Part shown: piece after piece, positions 60,905 to 64,000 of the stretch
Layout of the letters: every line of letters starts with the position of its first letter
How positions within the stretch are numbered: the first letter of the stretch is position 1
Assembly (NCBI GenBank): GCA_965219415.1
Contig: CBDCNP010000002.1
Location: 2,688,001 to 2,752,000 of the forward strand
DNA: 64,000 nucleotides
DNA from: Candidatus Marinacidobacterales bacterium
GTDB lineage: Bacteria; Acidobacteriota; Vicinamibacteria; Marinacidobacterales; DATDRI01
Reading direction: 5' to 3'
Program-made: the position numbers and the translations under genes
Notes under the pieces: model-generated
Seen by the model: only the letters and a program-made list of their open reading frames with translations
The model's database searches: none
Told to the model about the DNA's origin: nothing

Positions 60905-61696
60905 GTGTTTAAAGGTCTTTTGTACTTGGTCTTTCTCTTCCTCATCTTGTGGGGAGCCTACCGCTACTACGAGGACCAGGAGCTGCCTTTTGTCGGCGGA
61001 AGCCTCGATGATGCGGTTAGTTTGGCCTCGGTGAAGGCGGCCATCGCACTTCATCGCGACTTGGCGGAACGCCCCATCTCCGTTCGCTCCCGAAAGGGAG
61101 TCGTTACATTGAGCGGTCAAGTAGCGAGCAAAGCTGAAAAGGAGGACGCCGGGGACATCGCCGCGAGTGTGGTAGGGATCGAGCGGATCGAAAATCTCAT
61201 GGCCGTTAATCCGGAGCTTACCCCCGACCCTACCGATGCGGAGGTCGCCAACCGCCGCAGTTTGGGTCAGCGGTTCGATGATGTCTCCCTGGCCGCCAAG
61301 GTCAAGGCTTCGATCACTCTACACAAGGAGCTAAAGGGCTTGGACATCATGGTAAGAGCGCGCGACGGTACCGTCTACTTGGAAGGAACCGTCGAAACGC
61401 CAGAGCAATCGAAGATCGCTTCTAGTCGCGCATCGGCGGTCACCGAGGTTGATAGAATCGAAAACGTACTCCAGCTCGACGGGAGCATCGAAGAAGTGGC
61501 TGAACAGATCAACGAGGCCCTCGCCGAAAGCGGGAACCTAGCGGAGTACGATCTTCGTGCCCGCGCCGCTGACGGAAGCATCATCTTGCAGGGTGGAGTC
61601 CAGACCAATGCGGAGCGGGAGCTGGCGGAGCTCTTGGCGGAGCGCGTCGCCGGGCACCGGGATGTGATCAACCGGATCGAGTCGAACCAGCGCTAA
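60905..61696 (+). CDS. BON domain protein (three domains)
   Basis: N-terminal TM; DDAVSLASVKAAI, GVVTLSG, DDVSLAAKVK, GTVYLEG, GSIILQG. Confidence 0.88.
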   Translation: MFKGLLYLVFLFLILWGAYRYYEDQELPFVGGSLDDAVSLASVKAAIALHRDLAERPISVRSRKGVVTLSGQVASKAEKEDAGDIAASVVGIERIENLMAVNPELTPDPTDAEVANRRSLGQRFDDVSLAAKVKASITLHKELKGLDIMVRARDGTVYLEGTVETPEQSKIASSRASAVTEVDRIENVLQLDGSIEEVAEQINEALAESGNLAEYDLRARAADGSIILQGGVQTNAERELAELLAERVAGHRDVINRIESNQR

Positions 61697-62054
61697 GCCG
61701 TTCACTGTTGCCGATCGAAGAGCGAACCAACGTCATGAGCGCGGCCGGATCACAGGGTTTTTCGAAATAACCGGCGACCTCTAGCTCCTGCGCTTGCCTC
61801 CGAACACTGCTACACCCATACGCGGTGACTAGAATGGACGGGCAGATTGCCTTCGCCTGCCGTACCAAGTCCAGACCGTTTCCTCCCGGAAGATCGAGGT
61901 CGGTAATGAGAAGGTCGAAAGCCTCTGCCCTAAGCAGCTCGGTGGCGGCGTCGAAGTCGACGGCGCCCGCACATTGGTAGCCCGCCGCCTCGATGAGAGC
62001 CAACAACCCCTCTCGAATGCGGCGATCGTCCTCTACGATCAGAATGCGTTTCAT
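61668..62054 (-). CDS. Single-domain response regulator
   Basis: ILIVEDD, LITDLDLPGGNG, VTAYG, FEKP. Confidence 0.9.
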   Translation of the reverse strand: MKRILIVEDDRRIREGLLALIEAAGYQCAGAVDFDAATELLRAEAFDLLITDLDLPGGNGLDLVRQAKAICPSILVTAYGCSSVRRQAQELEVAGYFEKPCDPAALMTLVRSSIGNSERLSAGSTRSG

Positions 62055-62105
62055 CCTCAATCGTTCCCGGAATTTCTGGTTGCTCAGCCTGTGTTCGAAC
62101 AGGGG

Positions 62106-62122
62106 AGCAAGGTCCATGCCAA
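62106..62122 (-). promoter_or_regulatory. Sigma-54 promoter upstream of the response regulator
   Basis: TTGGCATGGACCTTGCT matches the TGGCA-N6-TTGC consensus, about 50 nt upstream of ATG 62054. Confidence 0.65.
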
Positions 62123-62331
62123 AAAACCGGAGGCGTTATTTGCCAGAAAAACCGTGGGTTATTGTGAGCCCGGCGACGAGGATCGAGAATCTGGAAGGTA
62201 AGAACTACTCAATTAAAGGAAGAATGGGTTTACTAGAAACCCTACCCCTTTTCCGTCGTAATCCAGTTAATCTTGTAACTCTGTCTGGTGTCTATGGTTT
62301 GAACGAAACGAGATGGATGTTCGCGTGAGAA

Positions 62332-62898
62332 CTAGCGGCTGGCGCGTTCAACGTCCTCGGCCAGGAGGAATCCCTTGTCGCCTAGCACGTTCGCTCTCAC
62401 GACGTCTCCCCCTTCGAGCGCGCCTCGAGCCTGTGCCACGAAAGCTTGCGCAGCTTCGAATTGCTCCCGCTGCTGAACGGTGAGCGGGCGGTTGCGAAGA
62501 ACCGAAAAGAGATCCACGGTGCGATCGAGCTTGTTGGAAATCGTAGCTCGTTCTTCGGAGTCCCGCTGATCGGCTGGCAGTTGTGGTTTCGGTGGTGGCG
62601 AGGGAGTGGGGTCGGGGGGAGGAGCGGGCCGGGGTCGCGCACGGGGCGGCGGGGGAGGTTCTTCAACCGGGGGAGTCGCTTCCGCTGCGACGGCATCTTC
62701 TTGGACCGCGGTGGTTTGAACTTCCGGCTCCGTCTCGGCGACGTCGGGAATTGCTTCAGGAATCGAAGCCGAGGCAGGGGGACGCTCGAACTCAGCCTTC
62801 ACTCTTTTACTGCATCCGGTGGCAAGCCCGAGTCCGACGAAAAGGACGAAACCCAAAGCGAAACCACTACCTACAAAACCCCTCACCCTCGTCATCAA
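62332..62898 (-). CDS. Pro-rich lipoprotein, hypothetical
   Basis: LATGC lipobox, Pro-rich linker, helical C-terminus; overlaps the kinase stop. Confidence 0.7.
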   Translation of the reverse strand: MMTRVRGFVGSGFALGFVLFVGLGLATGCSKRVKAEFERPPASASIPEAIPDVAETEPEVQTTAVQEDAVAAEATPPVEEPPPPPRARPRPAPPPDPTPSPPPKPQLPADQRDSEERATISNKLDRTVDLFSVLRNRPLTVQQREQFEAAQAFVAQARGALEGGDVVRANVLGDKGFLLAEDVERASR

Positions 62899-64000
62899 CT
62901 CACTACCTCAGGCAGGGTAACTGTAAAACGGGCTCCCTGTCCAGGCGTAGAACTCACCGTCACCTCTCCATCATGAAGTTGCACGATTCGATAGACCATG
63001 GACAGACCGATGCCACTACCCCTGCCCTTCGTCGTGTAGTAGAGGTCAAAGATCTTCGGAAGCTCATCGGGCTCGATGCCGACCCCGGAATCCTCGACCC
63101 ACAGCTCGACTGTACCCTCCGCGGGACGGCTCGCCGTGACGCGAAGCTCTCCACCGTCTGGCATCGCTTCGCACGCGTTGATCATCAAGTTCAAGAAGGC
63201 TTGCTGAAGAAGCTCGCGGTCCCCGTAAACAGCAGGCAGACTAGTTGCGATTTCTGTTTCCAGGTGGATCCCTTTACTTTCTGTTTCTCCAACCAACAAG
63301 CGGGTGGCCTCGCCGAGAATTTCGTCGACGGTGACCGCTTCGAGCTGAAGCTCTTCCGGTCGAGTGAATTTCAAGAAGCCCTGAATGACTCCGTCCAGTC
63401 GCCGGATCTCTTCCTCCAAAACATCGAGGTAACCTTCGGCCTCGGGGCCCGCCTTCTTCAATTTTTGGCGAAGCAACGCTACGTGAATCACCATGGCGTT
63501 CAGGGGGTTCTTGATCTCGTGGGCGACACCGGAAGTGAGCCTCCCCAATGCGGCCAGCTTTTGAGAGTACGACAGGTGAGAACCCAAGCGCGAGAGCTTT
63601 TCCATGTCCCGAGCGCTCACCATCACGCCGAAAACGTCGGTCTCGCCTAACGGTTGCGCGGTCAGCGTATGCGGCACCTCGACACCGCCGACCTCCAGGG
63701 GAACGCTACGTGGGCCCACCGTTTCGTTCCGCGAGAACGCATCCTCGACGATCGTTTGCAGCGGATGTTCCTCCGGAAGAATATCGGAAAGCGGTTCTCC
63801 GTGGAGCTCGATATGAGCACGCCCCAGCAGCTCACCGGCGGGTCGGTTGAGGGAAAGGACCCTTCTCTCGCGACTGACTACCAGCACCGCGTCGGCTAAA
63901 CCGCCCAACATCGTCTTCATCCATGCTTCACCGGACTCTCGAAGGAGTCGATCGTCCGCCAGGCGCCGGCTCATGGAGGCGAAGAACTCCGCAACGCGGC
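62895..64000 (-). CDS. PAS-domain sensor histidine kinase (5' end outside window)
   Basis: GVAHEIKNPL, NLMINA, EDSGVG, YTTK..GSGIGL. Confidence 0.93.
   Translation of the reverse strand, partial: RVAEFFASMSRRLADDRLLRESGEAWMKTMLGGLADAVLVVSRERRVLSLNRPAGELLGRAHIELHGEPLSDILPEEHPLQTIVEDAFSRNETVGPRSVPLEVGGVEVPHTLTAQPLGETDVFGVMVSARDMEKLSRLGSHLSYSQKLAALGRLTSGVAHEIKNPLNAMVIHVALLRQKLKKAGPEAEGYLDVLEEEIRRLDGVIQGFLKFTRPEELQLEAVTVDEILGEATRLLVGETESKGIHLETEIATSLPAVYGDRELLQQAFLNLMINACEAMPDGGELRVTASRPAEGTVELWVEDSGVGIEPDELPKIFDLYYTTKGRGSGIGLSMVYRIVQLHDGEVTVSSTPGQGARFTVTLPEVVS

Overview
A 64 kb bacterial chromosomal window of about 60% GC. Gene content suggests Acidobacteriota (inference from the Hfq-like protein, the PD40-repeat Ser/Thr kinase and the T2SS/T4P-like cluster). 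Bases 1-10.6 kb are a decaying mobile/defence island. It holds IS3 and IS5 elements, an integrase remnant, a 120-bp MITE, three copies of an orphan IS-like end, HEPN-like and hsdS remnants, an intact SNF2 helicase + SWIM gene pair and an unknown gene behind hsdS. The rest is mostly core or accessory chromosome: ATP-grasp ligase, DUF3179, outer-membrane proteins, tRNA-Val, M23 and M28 peptidases, SDRs, tmk-holB, Hfq-like, smpB, a pilC-pilB-pilMNO-pseudopilin cluster, LigD, a kinase, an FAD/Fe-S oxidase, a TRAP transporter, Smr, tRNA-Sec, tRNA-Ala, pckG, an intact IS3, two PilZ genes, a VWA + AAA pair, an asparaginase, HEAT and BON proteins and two-component genes. The most notable observations are: (1) a LigD with intact phosphoesterase and polymerase domains but a systematically inactivated ligase domain and no Ku nearby; (2) a candidate ~125-nt structured sRNA with its own promoter between tRNA-Sec and tRNA-Ala; (3) an SDR gene whose 3' end lies upstream of its 5' part; (4) several non-autonomous palindromic elements. 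Many genes carry +1 frameshifts in short homopolymers, most likely sequencing errors, so structural oddities need read-level confirmation. No CRISPR array, rRNA or reverse transcriptase was seen. All family assignments come from motif recognition by eye, not database searches.
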